NCBI GenBank assembly: GCA_951406725.2
Contig: OX597824.1
Coordinates: 61,752,001 to 61,816,000, forward strand
Direction: 5' to 3'
Source of the DNA: Octopus vulgaris
Lineage: Eukaryota
DNA: 64,000 nucleotides
The notes under the pieces were generated by a model, which worked only from the letters and a program-made list of their open reading frames with translations, did no database searches and was not told where the DNA came from. The position numbers and the translations under genes are program-made. Below, piece by piece: positions 25,041-38,304 of this stretch; the first letter of the stretch is position 1; every line of letters begins with the position of its first letter.

Positions 25041-26815
25041 GCTTGAAATGTCGACAGATAAATCGGAACCATAATATTGCTGCTTATATTTTGTAGTTGA
25101 TATCTAGTTGTTTGTAGACTAGTTCTTACGTCTCCTTTCATACAAGTCTACACCGGAGTTCTACAATGTTCTCAGCGATAACTTCTGCTACAGATTCAAC
25201 TCTTGCTCTTGAAATTTGGGATGAGTGGATGGAGTCTTGAGGGAAATCATTAATAGTGCCGGTAATACAGCTAGCATTTCTGTGAACAATCTAAAAAAAG
25301 ACGTCGGGGATCGAACGCATAAACATTACTAAAAAAAGATCGAACGCATAAACATTACAAAACGTTATGCAACAAGCTGCTCAAGGATCATTTTGACATC
25401 ACCAATCTTAAACACTACAGAAAGGAGATAGGTAGAAGTATAATCTGTAATGCTGGTGTTGTCTAATCAATGTAACTGGGAGTGGGGGAGTTTGTATATG
25501 TATATAGATATCTTGTCTTAAATATTGTGGTTTCATTATATTTTGTGCATGTTTTGTTTTATATCCCCTTCTTTTTCATTCAAACGTCGTTTAGCTCTTT
25601 CCTCTTATTTGTAGAACTTCTCCGCCAAACCACAGGCGAATTAGGAAGTCTCCAATTTAACGTTAATTTATATTTTTTCTACACCATTTAGAACCCTTGT
25701 GGTTACTAAAAAAAATATTTTTGGTGTGACTATTTCGAATAACATCATTCCAGGGCCGTTAAATTAAGATACTAACCAAGTAATGGTTTTGATGGTATGG
25801 ACTAATTTCAGATGACTACCTACCCATGGACCTAAATCAGTAGTCGTTTATCGCGCGTGATAAATTATCGATCACTGTTGAAATGATTTTTTGGTGAAAT
25901 CTGTTCATAGAGTGGTTGGCTTTTATTCGTAGAGTATATTTAATTTTTGAGAAAGTACGAATTGAATACATTAATTTCTTTTACTGCCTTCAGACATTTG
26001 GAACAAGAACAAAAATAAAAAAAGAAGCAAAAGTCATGTAGAAAATAAAAGCGAACAAAAAATTATATGCAAAAAATACAATTTTGTTTGGCAAATACAT
26101 CTCAAACAACGGTAAACACATACATAAGCATCAAAAATTCTATTGCAGAAAATAGCATCAATAACATCAATATAAAAAGATCCTGTTTTACTTCTGTTGG
26201 CCGCAAGAAGGATATTCTAAATATGGCCCGACTAGCGCAGTATAGGTGAACGTGGCACAAGTACACGACCAAATCAAAACTACGCAATGTATGGACATTT
26301 GGTCCCTAGAATGATTCCTAGCACAAGCATTGGGCCCTATTTTGTGTAATGAAAAAAATGCAATGTTACTAGGCATGTAAGGCACATATCTCAGCCATTA
26401 GCTTAATGGAAGCAAAACATATGACGGTTTTATCCACGAGTAGCTGAAAAAGATAGATATGAAAAGAGAAGGCTGAAATAGTAGAATCAACAACAAAAGC
26501 AACAACAACTGGTTCAAAATCCGTTCAGGATTTAATTTCAAAATCGAGAGCAAACTAAATAATATACATGTGTACTTCAATAAAGATGGAAAGGTTGCTG
26601 CTTCTTCAATAATCATCTTACTGGAGTGACATTTAAAAGAAATTAAGTATTCTGGTTTGAGGAAATTTCTGAAAGATATGCTTTTTATAACATGCTATAT
26701 TAAGGAAACATAATATATCGTGTGTTAACTTTAATCCATGGTAAGCCATTGATCCACTATCATTTTGCATACCATAAAAGCAGTATGTATTTTCATTTAT
26801 AATTTACACGGAGAG

Positions 26816-26868
<53 letters not shown>

Positions 26869-27019
26869 ATATGTGTGTGTGTGTGTGATATATGTGTGCG
26901 TGTGTGTATATATATATATGTGTGTGTGTGATATGTATGTGTGCGTGTATATGCACATATGTATATTCACGCACACACACATATTTAACACATATATGTA
27001 TGTATGTATTACTTGTGTA

Positions 27020-27760
27020 TGACAGTCCATTAAAGGTGATGACAGTGTCGATCCAAGACGTTCATCCTCCCCCACCTTCGCCTACAACACATTGTTTCTC
27101 TTGAGAGCGGACATAGCTGAGAAGGCCGATACGAGATATACAGATTCTATCGCACTGAAGGCACTGAATGTGACTCCGAACAGCAGTCTCCTGTGATGTT
27201 TCAAAGCTGAACAGGAAGAATGATATACATTCTGCTGGAAGGGAATCACAGATGGCAATGACATAATTCAATAAATGCCCTTCGCTATGAAGAAACTCCA
27301 TTGCAAATAAGATGGTAGAACTTCCAAGTAGACTGCATGAACGTGTCACTGCGGCTCGCTCTCTCCAAGGACCAATACCCCACCATCATCAGTGTCTATG
27401 CGCCTACTGTTGAATCTCTTGAAGAAGCGATGGACAGGTATTGTATGCCCACGCGCAATGTCATCCGAAGGATGCTCAAGCCCGCTAAGATCATTCTGCG
27501 GGGAAATTTGAATTCCAGGATCGGTCAAAGTCATGTTATCTGGCCGGGATCTGTTGGTCATCAGGGTTTTGGGAAAATAAACGCCAGTGACATTCAACTT
27601 TCTAATTCTCTGTTCCCAACATGGTTTGGTCATTGCCAATACAGATTTCCAGTCCTCAACAAACTCCAAAGGTCTTCTGGATGCATCCACGATCCAAATC
27701 CTAATGGCCTCTTCACTAAATAATTGTTCGACAAAGAGATCATAAGGATAACTCGATCAT
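27020..27760. mobile_element. RTE LINE remnant with inversion: 3' end on minus (27020-27335), APE endonuclease fragment on plus (27337-27760)
   Basis: C-terminal CLQCDRICISRIGLLSYVRS zinc finger on minus; TIISVYAPT..IILRGNLNSRIG..GFGKIN on plus. Confidence 0.8.
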
Positions 27761-27779
27761 ATATATATATATATATACG

Positions 27780-28450
27780 AAAATGACATCACGGTATTAT
27801 CTACCAATGGGACATGATGTGGTAGGAGCCATAGCTAGCCATAATGAAAAGGAGTACTGCTGGAACGTCCCTGTGAAAGCCCCATTAAAATGTAAACGTA
27901 ATAGTCCTGACATAGTAATTTGGGAGAGAGACGAGAAACTTTGTACAGTTGTGGAAATCAGCTGCTCAGCGGGTGTTAACATAAAGCTAAAGAACAGTGA
28001 AAAAGAATATATTGAAACTGAAATATTGAGGGATCAGCAGCTACTCTCTCAAAATTACAATTTCAGTTTTATACACGTAATCATTGGGGTATTGGGATAT
28101 GTAACACACTGCCTAAATACCAATCTTGCGTAATTAGGCATCTCAAAACCAGAAAGAAGAAAGCTGATTCGAAGACTACACATCCAAGCCATCACTGGAA
28201 CTGTAAAAATCTGTAGAATCTTCCAGTAGCTTATAAATGAAGTACATATGTGAATGTCTAGATAGGTAACTATGTGAACGAGACTACATACACAGAACAA
28301 AACATAAATTTGCAGATATACATACATACACACATATAAAATTACCCTCTTGATGTTGTTGAAATTCCAATGAAGGCGCTTTGGATCCAACTTAGAAACC
28401 GACTATTTCTCTATTGGCAAGAAGCCTTGAAATAAAATCGAATAATGACA
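27780..28450 (+). mobile_element. 3' end of an RLE-type non-LTR retrotransposon (R4/NeSL-like)
   Basis: WNVPV..KCKRNSPDIVIW..LCTVVEISC..EK..VIIGVLGYV..GTVKIC (PD-(D/E)xK endonuclease), followed by a 3' UTR. Confidence 0.8.
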
Positions 28451-28462
28451 TACGTATACATA

Positions 28463-28494
<32 letters not shown>

Positions 28495-30917
28495 AATATA
28501 TATATGCACACACATATATACATGCACACACACATACGTACATACATAAACACACACACATGCGTACACACATACATACATAGAGTGCATCGATATAAAG
28601 ACAGATGACTTATCAAGTGAGAACGAACCTTTATAAATAATATTGTACGCTTGTTGTTAGTTCTGAGTTGGATAATATTGTGAATTATTGTGGTATGATA
28701 ACTGTTGGATATAGGGCAGTGGGTTGACAAAATGGTTATTGATGAGATGCCTCATTTGCTTTAGTATAACAAAAGATCTGATAAAGTCATATTATCAACC
28801 AGATCGCTAATGCGCCGAAATTACGCCGACGAGCCAGTTGAAGGATTGGCCAAGCAAATAATGGAACAATTTATTGATTGACATGGCGATAACCTATTGA
28901 GTGAAATTTAAAAAATATAAATAGAAGAAATTATATATTTTTACATTCACGCACACAGTGATGCAGGGGAATCCATCTTAGTTATTATTTTAGAATGATT
29001 AAAGTATGCTAATCATTAGGTCAGCAAAGCTATGCAAGTTGGTGATGATATATTAACTGGAGCTAATTTTAAATCAAAGTGTATATGTCACTAACCCTCT
29101 TCAAGCACGATGTAACTAGATGTTTTTTTTTATAACCTTTAGGGACAATCTGTTACATTATTCATCTAATCAATTACGCTAGAGTAGCATGGAAAATATT
29201 TTATTTATATGACATAGTTTGGAATGTCATCCGATTTGTTGACAGCATTTATGAAAATTTGGTCATTTCATCATAGTGCTGTTTATTTTACTTATACCAA
29301 CGTTAGTCGGGGTGCTGTAATAGAGCTGAAGTATATACAAAATAACATAAAATTGCGATGTCATGTAACACCTCCAGGTTGATGTTATATGATTAAAAGC
29401 TGAGAAAATTTTAATTAAAGTTAAAACAGATAATGATGACATGACTAAGTATGATTTAGTTATTAAATTGTATAATCAATAAAGCGGGACCTATATTCAT
29501 TAGAGACATAAAAATTAGAAGAAATGAATGGTCATAATGTTACAGTTGCTTTCCGATAAATACCAGCTGTTCTGGATAAAGAATGATTTTTATCAAGAGT
29601 TTTGAGAATTGATAAGTAGTGTTGTTCAATTAGTACTAATTTACATATGTGTAAACTCAGGAATTTAGAAGACATTTGACATAATATATGGAAATTAGTA
29701 TTTGCGATACGTTTTGGAAATCATTTTACAATTATGTAAATTACTATTTTAAAATGTAAATATTAGCATTAAATTTGAAGTAAAGTATAATTTTAAACAT
29801 AAAATTTAAACAAAACTACAAAAAAGTAAATGTTTTATAGAATTTACTTAATTATATCCAGCCTTTCAAAGATTATTGCAATACGGTAGTAGAAATATAG
29901 GAAATAGTTGGAACGTTTGTCTTGTAAATTATAATCAGCACATCCTATTCCCAGATTTCCGATTCTGCTACATTTCGTTTTGTCAAGTGTCACCTAATTG
30001 GCGAGTGGTAAATGGGAAAAGGTTTAATTCTCTTATTCGTTACTACACAATCTGTGGCTTTGGTGAATGACACTTCACCAAAATGTCATGCATGCATTTG
30101 TTAACAATTTGCTTATGCTACATCTATGCATATACACATGAATGCTCTAACTCATTCACACACACACACACACAAACACTCAAGCACATACAGAAACAAA
30201 CACACACGCACCCACGCGCATACACACACATAAGCACACAGACCTTGTTGCCACATTGCTTTCATATCTTCTGCTATAGCATCGTTCTATTTCTCGGCAG
30301 GACACTTAATTACTGATGTGACTTGCAAAAATATATCTTCAATGTAGCCCACATTTCACGAATGAAGAGATATATTGTAACTACTAAACACGAATTTATT
30401 TACTAGAATGTCTAACGGTGTATAGACAGAAGCATAAACTATCAGATTGGTTGTATAAAGAGTCAACTGAAAATGACGCATGAGGAAAGAGACGTTTACA
30501 TTGTAAGACATCAAATTAACTTTTGCAATCTAGAAACAAAGAATGAAGCAATTGTATCATGTTAGATGAGTAAAAAATTTGTGTGTATGTGTGCGAGGGT
30601 CTGTACAAGTGTGTATGTATTTGCATACAAATATGATTTCATACAACGCGTGTATAAACGTAGAGTATTATATTATGAGTATAAATGTCTGAGCGTATGT
30701 GTGTGAATAAATTTATAGATAATTCAAGGAGTGATTTCATACAAATTGTAATCTTTATCTTAAAGCAAACCAGTTATGATCGAACAGTGTTGCAGTTGTA
30801 TAATCATAAATGTTAAGATAATCCTAATTTGAAATATAATCGACCGAAAGGTCATTGCTAAAGTAGCACTTTGTGTAACAACGGCTTGTGCATAGAAATA
30901 ATAAGCTAACTATTTAC

Positions 30918-31300
30918 AAGTGGCTGTGTGGTAAATAGCTTGCTTACCAACCACATGGTCCTGGGTTCAGTCAGACTGCATGGCACCTTCGGCAAGTATC
31001 TTCTTCTATAGCCTTAGGCCGACCAAAGACTTGTGAGTGGATTTGGTAGACGGAAAATGAAAGAAGCCCGTCGTATATGTATATAAATATGTATGTGTAA
31101 ATGTTTGTGTGTCTGTGTTTGTCGCCCCAACATCGCTTGACAACCGATTGGGGTGTGTTTACGTCCCCGTAAATTATCAGTTCGGTAAAAGAGACCGATA
31201 GACTAAGTACTAGGCTTACAAAGAATACATCCTGGGGTCGAGTTGCTCGACTAAAGGCGGTGCCCCAGCATGGCCGCAGTCAAATGACTGAAACAAGTAA
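30918..31300 (+). mobile_element. tRNA-derived CORE-like SINE, full length
   Basis: GTGGCTGTGTGGTAA..GGGTTCAGTC..GGCACCTTCGGCAAGT..GGCGGTGCCCCAGCATGGCCGCAGTCAAATGACTGAAACAAG. Confidence 0.9.
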
Positions 31301-31682
31301 AAAAAGTAAAATAAAGACTAATTGTATCGTTTACACTTCGACCAGCAAGAGCCCTCAGACTACATGCTTTTCGATCTGAAGTGAATGAGCTGACAGTGAT
31401 AGATGCGGAGTTTAAAACAGAGAAAGGGATAGAAGGCATTTAACGCCGGGAAAATAATGTTTAATATATTAAGTGAGCAAAGACAAGATTTTCTGTTATT
31501 CTGTTAACGCATATATTACTACACTGAAATATCTCTATTTCAAGAACTGTATAATAATGTACCAATATTTAGTAGTTTCACCTTGTGGCATCATATCTGT
31601 CTATGTTCTGCGACCGATGGAAATATTTCACATAGATTATTTACATTATTTACATTTGACGGATATTTGTCTTAATCTTGTT

Positions 31683-31728
31683 AAGACAACATTTCGGCTG
31701 ATATACACTCCAGCCATCATCAGGTGTC
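31683..31728 (-). ncRNA. Minimal type-I hammerhead ribozyme (PLE terminus), slightly mutated
   Basis: GACAC-CTGATGA-T-GGCTG-GAGTGTATAT-CAGCC-GAAA-TG-TT-GTCTT. Confidence 0.7.
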
Positions 31729-31775
31729 TTGGGGAAATTTGGATCCTGAGTTCTCAATCCTAAGGTATTTTTGGA

Positions 31776-31854
<79 letters not shown>

Positions 31855-31860
31855 TTTTTT

Positions 31861-31935
31861 TTATTCAGGTAACTCCCTGGATTCGAACTCGGAATCTTGG
31901 GGTTAGTCCGCATTCTTATGTACTACGCCATATGC
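31861..31935 (-). promoter_or_regulatory. tRNA-like Pol III head (A-box-like TGGCGTAGT, B box GAGTTCGAATCC) inside the PLE terminal repeat
   Basis: Minus strand GCATATGGCGTAGT...CTAACCCCAAGATTCCGAGTTCGAATCCAGG. Homologues at 14937-14997 and 32792-32826. Confidence 0.65.
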
Positions 31936-32878
31936 TGTTAGATCATGTGACCTCAATAAAACCATCCATACAGTTCACAATGGAAAGGGGAAAAGACAAT
32001 CAGTTAGCATTCCTGGACGTATTAACAACACGCGCCGAGTATGGATTCAGGACATCCGTATACCGCAAGCCGACATTCAATGGACGATACCTCAACTTCA
32101 ATTTCCACCATCCATACGTTGTAAAGAAATATCGAGCGAAGAATATAAGTAGTGATCATGATACACACCAGGAAGAAATGATCAAGCTCAGTAACAATCT
32201 ATTAAGCAACAACTAACCCGAAAGCATACTATCCACTCCAATTATAAAGGAAAGAGAGGATGATACCAATAAACTGTCCACAGTTTGTTTATCCTGTGTG
32301 ATAGGCCTCTCTGAAAAGATACAAAAGATATGCGGCCCATATGACATCAGGACAGTATTCAAGAGTAATACGACACTTCGCAAATGTGTGTTTCGTGTAA
32401 AACCACCAATATAAGGGAATATGACCAAAAACTGCGTGTACTCCATCCCATGCAGCTGTGGTAGGTCATACAAAGGTGAAACATGCTGCCCCCTCAAAAT
32501 AAGGATAGAAGAACATCGCAAAGCTGTGGTACGAAGAGATATTGATAAATCGGGTATAGCTGATCATGTATGTGCAGATGGAGACCCCCTCCTGTGGGCT
32601 AAAATTTAAATAACAGACAGAGAACATCACTGGAAAATACGAAAACTGAAAGAAGCAGCACATATGCTAGTACACAAGAATCTCCTAAGCAGACCGGGTG
32701 CAGATATGAATAGCATGTGGGGACCGGTATTAAGGAAGGATAGGAAAACATTAGATTTATAAGCCCTACAATTCATTCCATAATTACCCACGGGCATATG
32801 GCGTAGTGGTTAAGAGTCCGGGCTAAGGACATCGAAAAATACCTTGGGAATGAGAACCCAGGTTCGAAATTTCTCCAA

Positions 32879-32924
32879 GACACCTGATAAAGGCAGGTGG
32901 GTATATCAGCCAAAACGTTGTGTT
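32879..32924 (+). ncRNA. Second copy of the same hammerhead (core mutated)
   Basis: GACAC-CTGATAA-A-GGCAG..CAGCC-AAAA-CG-TT-GTGTT. Stem I GACAC/GTGTT is intact; G8 and G12 are A. Confidence 0.6.
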
Positions 32925-33705
32925 AACAACAAACAAGATAAAGACAAATATCCATCAGATATAAATAATGTACATAATTCCTTATCTCTTCAGTATAGAA
33001 CTGTATTTCATTAAATCAATGACACCTCCGTTGTTTTGGGAATGTCTTGAGGTTGGTTATACATTACTGGCACCAATTACTGACTGAAACAGAATTTGTA
33101 AAAATCTGAACATCAAACTATAATGTTAACTGTCTTCGTCTAAAGGATTTTGATTAATGCTTAACTATTGCATCTATGTTTCGCATATTCTTTTATCAGT
33201 CTCTATACATAGTACGTGATATGAGAAATTGGTTATTGGGGAATATTATGAAATGTATTATTCAACTTTCCATTTTAGTATGGTGTTAAGTTGATCCTAA
33301 TAATTAATCCCCATATCATTAAAATTTAGTGACAATCGGTATTTTAAACAAAGTGTATTTCAATACACTCTGTGGGTAATCCGACGTGATATTGGATCTA
33401 ATCCTTTGAAATTAGATCTTTCATTCTATCGTCAAACTAAGAACTATCTCCCAGCCAATGGCGGCCTTTAATGCTGTCGAATTAAGTGATAGTACATGGG
33501 TCAGGTCACCTAATTGGGGGGAAATGTATTTTTCCCCAATCAACGAGGCGGGAAAATGAGTCATGGGCTCTGATATACTTCCTATGGCAACTGATATACA
33601 TAAACTCAACTCCAAAAATCTTTGTAGATTATGCATTTTCTTCCTTACACCGAGACAGGATACATATTAGAATAAAAGCAAATATATACAGATTTATGTG
33701 TATAT

Positions 33706-33750
33706 CAGTGGTTCCCAACATGGGGTTCAAGGACCTCTGGTGGAGTGCAA
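33706..33750 (+). mobile_element. Possible hAT (Charlie-like) terminal fragment
   Basis: CAGTGGTTCCCAAC.TGGGGT start motif; no partner end found. Confidence 0.35.
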
Positions 33751-33769
33751 AGGTAGTGTATATGTGCGT

Positions 33770-34945
33770 CGCTCAGGGATGTACATATTGCAGCGCCTGC
33801 TCCCATTAATACAGGCGCCCGGTTATGCTGAGATCTTCCACCTGATATGATACGAGGTCCTTTGACCTTTAAGGCGCCACACATAGCTGACCAGGGACGT
33901 AACGAAACGTCTTTCTGGGACCCTGAAGGATGATTGGTGATTGTAATAGCGTCAATTGAAAGGTGTGCTGGCCGATCCGATGTATTTACTGGTTATGTTC
34001 ACATTCCTGGTGTAACCCTCGTTGCCTCCGGATCAGGAGATATTGTTGTTGTTGACGGTGTTGCGCAGTCTGCTATGATTATGGCGCATTGGTCTAGCGG
34101 CGCTAGAATGTTTATTGTCATCGAGGTTGTTATCGCCGTGGTGGCCGTGTCTGGCCATAAGGTTGGCTGTTGGTATAGTAAGGTGTGGTGCCTGTTACTT
34201 CCTCGTTGATGCTCGTAGTGGTCTGGTAATCCTCCCTGGCTGTGGTGTTGGCACTGGGGTCGCCGGTTACCTCCTCGATGTCCTTGCTACCGGACTGGTC
34301 ATCCTCTCTGGCTGTGCTGTTCGTACGGGGTTCGTTAGCGTCAGAGCTGTTCTTTCTTCCACTGTCACCGCCTCCAGTGCCATCATCGTTGTTGTTGGAT
34401 TGCACATTGTTGTTACTGTCGTTGTTAGCTCTAGATGTCACTGTAGTCTCATAGATGACTCCTTCGGCCTCACATCAGCGCCCTGCTGAGCAGTCATTGT
34501 ACACACTGCAAGAGTAATCTGCCTCCTTCCGTGCTTTGTGGGTGTTACTTAAAATACTTTTTCTTTAGTGCACAAGTAAAGGAAGCACTTAGGTTGGGTC
34601 TTTTGAATAAAGGTCTATTTCAGTGTGTTTGTATGAAGTGTTTTTCTATTAATATAAGTCTTGAAGCTGAATGAGAAGGGTGGAGCAAACCATACGACGG
34701 TTCGGTTGTGTTTCCTTTTCCGGGTGCTAGAGCATGATATACAGGATATGCGTTCCTTAAACCCACTAGACGCCAGCCACTCGTTGTAGTAGGTGGCGGC
34801 GAAGATATTTTGGCTAGAGGATGCATTCGAAATCCTCTTGCTGACACACTTCATTTAGTTCTAAGACACGATGACAGGAGGTTATGTTAATATAGGACAG
34901 CCTCTCGTTAGGCTTATGATAGGGCTTGTGTATACCTGAGCCAAG
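33770..34945 (-). mobile_element. Penelope-like element fragment (thumb, long N/T-rich linker, GIY-YIG)
   Basis: HKPYHKPNERLSYIN, RISNASS, RKHNRTVVWFAPPFS, then KYIGSAS..RYYNHQSSFR..TSLVSYVWRLK..IRWKI..GSRRCN. Confidence 0.85.
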
Positions 34946-35529
34946 GTGTAGAGTAACGCACACACGCACACACACATACACACACATATGTACACACACG
35001 CACATATGTATATAGATATAATCTCAATTACATTGATGTATATGTACACGCATCAGATAAGATTGGAAAATTACATAGATGTATGTGCTTATGCTAACTT
35101 TTTGTGCCTTATGTTTGTAATGTCAAATGCCAGCAAAGAGAGCTCGGTAAAATAAGTAACAATGTGAAGTAAATACAAGAAAATTAGATTCGATAAGATG
35201 GACTAAATGGTTATCCCATTGTGCCAGTACCAAAAAATATAATAACATTTCATTAAGAGATGCTACAAAAAGTGTACTTTTGTGTATATTAGACATTGTT
35301 TTCCTTAAATGCTTCAATATACGTGGGAAATGTAATTTATCAACGAAATTTATGCCTAAATTACATTTGATTCACGTAATTCATTTATCATAATTTTTGT
35401 GTCACTGGAGAATTATTATTACTTAATTATTAGTAAATGATTCTAAATTACACTTCACTGTACTCCTAAATATTTACCGCTATTCAATATATTTCTCGGT
35501 TTTAGGGCAACGAATTGGTGGAATCTTTA

Positions 35530-35680
35530 GAACGCCGGCAAAAATATTTAGCGGCGTTTTATCCTTCTTTACGATCTGAGTTCAAGTTCCACCGAGGTCT
35601 TCCTTACCTATCATCCCTTCGACGTAATCACTTTATCTCTCTCCCGATATTTCTATCCTTGTGCCAAAAGTCGAAACCAA
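35530..35680 (+). mobile_element. Degenerate Meta/MESC-like SINE
   Basis: CTGAGTTCAAGTTCCACCGAGGTC..TCATCCCTTCG. Similar decayed copies at 37272-37472 (-) and 50500-50720 (+). Confidence 0.6.
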
Positions 35681-36159
35681 TATATTTATAGGTTTACTGA
35701 TATCACATATTTCTCATTCGGTGCCCTTTTAAATATATTTACCGACATTTTCTTTATATCTTTAGTAAGGAGAGAAAGCAGTATATAGGCACCTGCAATG
35801 AACTCTGGGATTTGCAGCAGGAAGGGTTGTGAATAATATCTTCAGACAGAAGACCTAGCCTGAATATTTCTAATGCATTAGTCTTTGCAAAGAGCGCCCA
35901 ATTTGCTTGGTAATGATATTAATCCGGGTATCGCATTGCCATCCACCATAGTATGTCACGGTGATATTTGAAATCACAAATCAAAGACCCAGAACAAATA
36001 CCACTAAGTACCCGACCCGACGTCCTCACAGTTTCATCAATCTATTGCTCCGGTTTGTGAATTCTAACAACCTTAAACAGGGTGAGAAGTAAAACTGAAC
36101 TAGGCAGAATTTATATTTTTATATATATATATATATATATATGTTCTTTTAATCATTCA

Positions 36160-36470
36160 TTTGTTTCAGTCATTTGACTGCGGCCATGACGGAATACCGC
36201 CATTAGTCGCACAAACCGTCCCGAGGAATTATTGTTTGTATGCCTAATACTTATTCTATCAGTGTCTATTTCCCAACCGCTAATTTATGGAGGGACAAAC
36301 ATATATATATAAACATATATACATATACGACGGGCTTCTTTCAGTTTCCGTCTACCAAGTCCACTCACAAGGCTCTAGTCGGTCCGAGGCTTATAGTAGA
36401 AGATACCATGCAATGATACTCAGCCTGGAACCATGTGGTTTGGAAGCAAGCTTCTTACCACACAGCCACG
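36160..36470 (-). mobile_element. CORE-like SINE with internal deletions
   Basis: Matches 59728-60130. Further partial copies at 37725-37850 and 38300-38437. Confidence 0.8.
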
Positions 36471-37865
36471 TTATATATATATATATATATATAGATATAA
36501 CGTTATTTGATTTCCTCAGGAAATGTGAAGAACCACTTCAATCTAAATTTATTGTTCTGTCCAATCTTCAGCAATAAAAATTGAAAACTGTGTCAAGGAA
36601 GAAGCCACAAATACAAAAGAAAATAAGGTCATCATCGAAGCAGAGTAGGTACTTTCAACAAGAAAGCTAACATCACTTAAGTTTATGAATGCTCATCAAA
36701 AGAATTGTTGAACAAGACGATAACCAATTTAATGAACCAAATATATCTAGCATTGTATACAGTGGTCCACTGAACTTTATCTTTTGATCGATATCAGAAA
36801 ATATATATTTGTGATACTCGCCTCTATCAATCGATTTTTATATTTGATCTTGCGTTCTGATAGCCATATTTACTTGTTTTAATAATGATGCACCATTGAT
36901 CTTTCATCATTTTCTATCGTTATTTCCTTCAAACATTCTCATATATACCTACAATCTGCTCGGGGATATTTTAAGCTTCTATACCATGCACATTTTTAAT
37001 ATATTTTACCTTTATAATGTATTTCTTTCATTACAGTTTGCTGCACAAAAGGTTCTCAAACCATATTTGTTAATATTTAAGCACATAAGAACATCAGTAG
37101 CGTACACACCTCTCTCCTTCTCTCACACATTTACATAACGAAACTAGAATCTACTTGCAATTCAATAAAGAGTGAAATATATTGCGCTGACCTAAATATT
37201 TTGAAAGCATCCTAAATTTAATAATTCTGGGATAAACATGAAGCAAATCTAATAAATATTGCTTTCAAATTTTGGCACAAGGTCAGCAATGTTGGAGAAC
37301 GTGTAAGTCGATTACATCAACCTCGGTGATCAACTAGTACTTAATTCATTGATCCCGAAAGGATGAACGGTAACGTTAGCCTCGGTTGAATTCGACCTCA
37401 GATGTAACGACAGACGAAATATAGCAAGGCATTTTGCTCGGCCTACTAATGGGATTTTCAACTCACCGCCTTAAATCTAATAAGTATTGTATGCACAAAT
37501 AATGAGGGAACAAAATTCGTAGTACGGAATGGATAATAACAAATCTGATTTACTTCTATAGATCAGCCATGGAATACGAAATAGCGGCTGGATCTATTTA
37601 GGCTCGCAACTTAATAATTCTCAAAAGTATATTCTCTATACTTGTAAAAAGGTATAGTTATATACTCTAGTATAATATAGCATTAAAAGTAACACTATCA
37701 CTGTATTTTCATTCTTTCGTTTACTGCTTTCCGTCATTGACTGCGGCCATGCTCGAGCACCGCATTTTGCCGAACCAATCGACCCTAGGACTTATTCTTT
37801 GTAAGCCTAGTATTGATTCTATCGATCTCTTTTGCTAAACACAGACACACACGAGCATATATATT

Positions 37866-38200
37866 TATATAAATGACAGTAAGGGAATTGAATAATTAAA
37901 ACGCCGGTCTGCTAGAAGTAGACCGCAAATAGTCTAGTAAAAAATCACATGGTTGAAATAGACGCTTGAATTTTAAATTCGTGAATACGTTTTAAAAGCT
38001 GAAAGTGTTTTTGATAACTCAAAACGTGAAATCTATAGCTATGGTACTATCCAAATCATTTTATAAATCCTCGCTGTCTAGTTTCTTCGCTTACAATTGT
38101 GATAATGGGGTAATAATCTAGGTGGTTCCTAGACCATTTGGGTTCTACTTCTAGCAGACTGGTGTTGTAGTTATTCAATGCCCTTGTAATTTTAATATAA
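37866..38200. mobile_element. MITE with ~80-bp imperfect TIRs
   Basis: AAGGGAATTGAATAATTAAAACGCCGGTCTGCTAGAAGTAGA pairs with TCTACTTCTAGCAGACTGGTGTTGTAGTTATTCAATGCCCTT. Confidence 0.8.
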
Positions 38201-38261
38201 ATTAACCATTATGGTATCTAATATGCTGGCCACTGATAAATCATTAAATAATGACCTATCC

Positions 38262-38304
<43 letters not shown>

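Larger units (their letters stand above)
31637..32990 (+). mobile_element. Penelope-like element, 5'-truncated, with inverted 5' pseudo-LTR (31637-31935) and 3' pseudo-LTR (~32790-32990)
   Basis: RT thumb IQFTME..LAFLDV..TSVYRKPT..YLNF..HHP; GIY-YIG NCVYSIPCSCGRSYKGET..RIEEH. The termini are inverted copies of each other. Confidence 0.92.

Noticed and set aside
25308-25358. 21-bp tandem duplication GATCGAACGCATAAACATTAC
   Set aside because: Simple local slippage duplication with only two copies.
28360-28412. CCAATGA...GAAACCG motif in the LINE 3' UTR
   Set aside because: The core is non-canonical and the stems are inconsistent.
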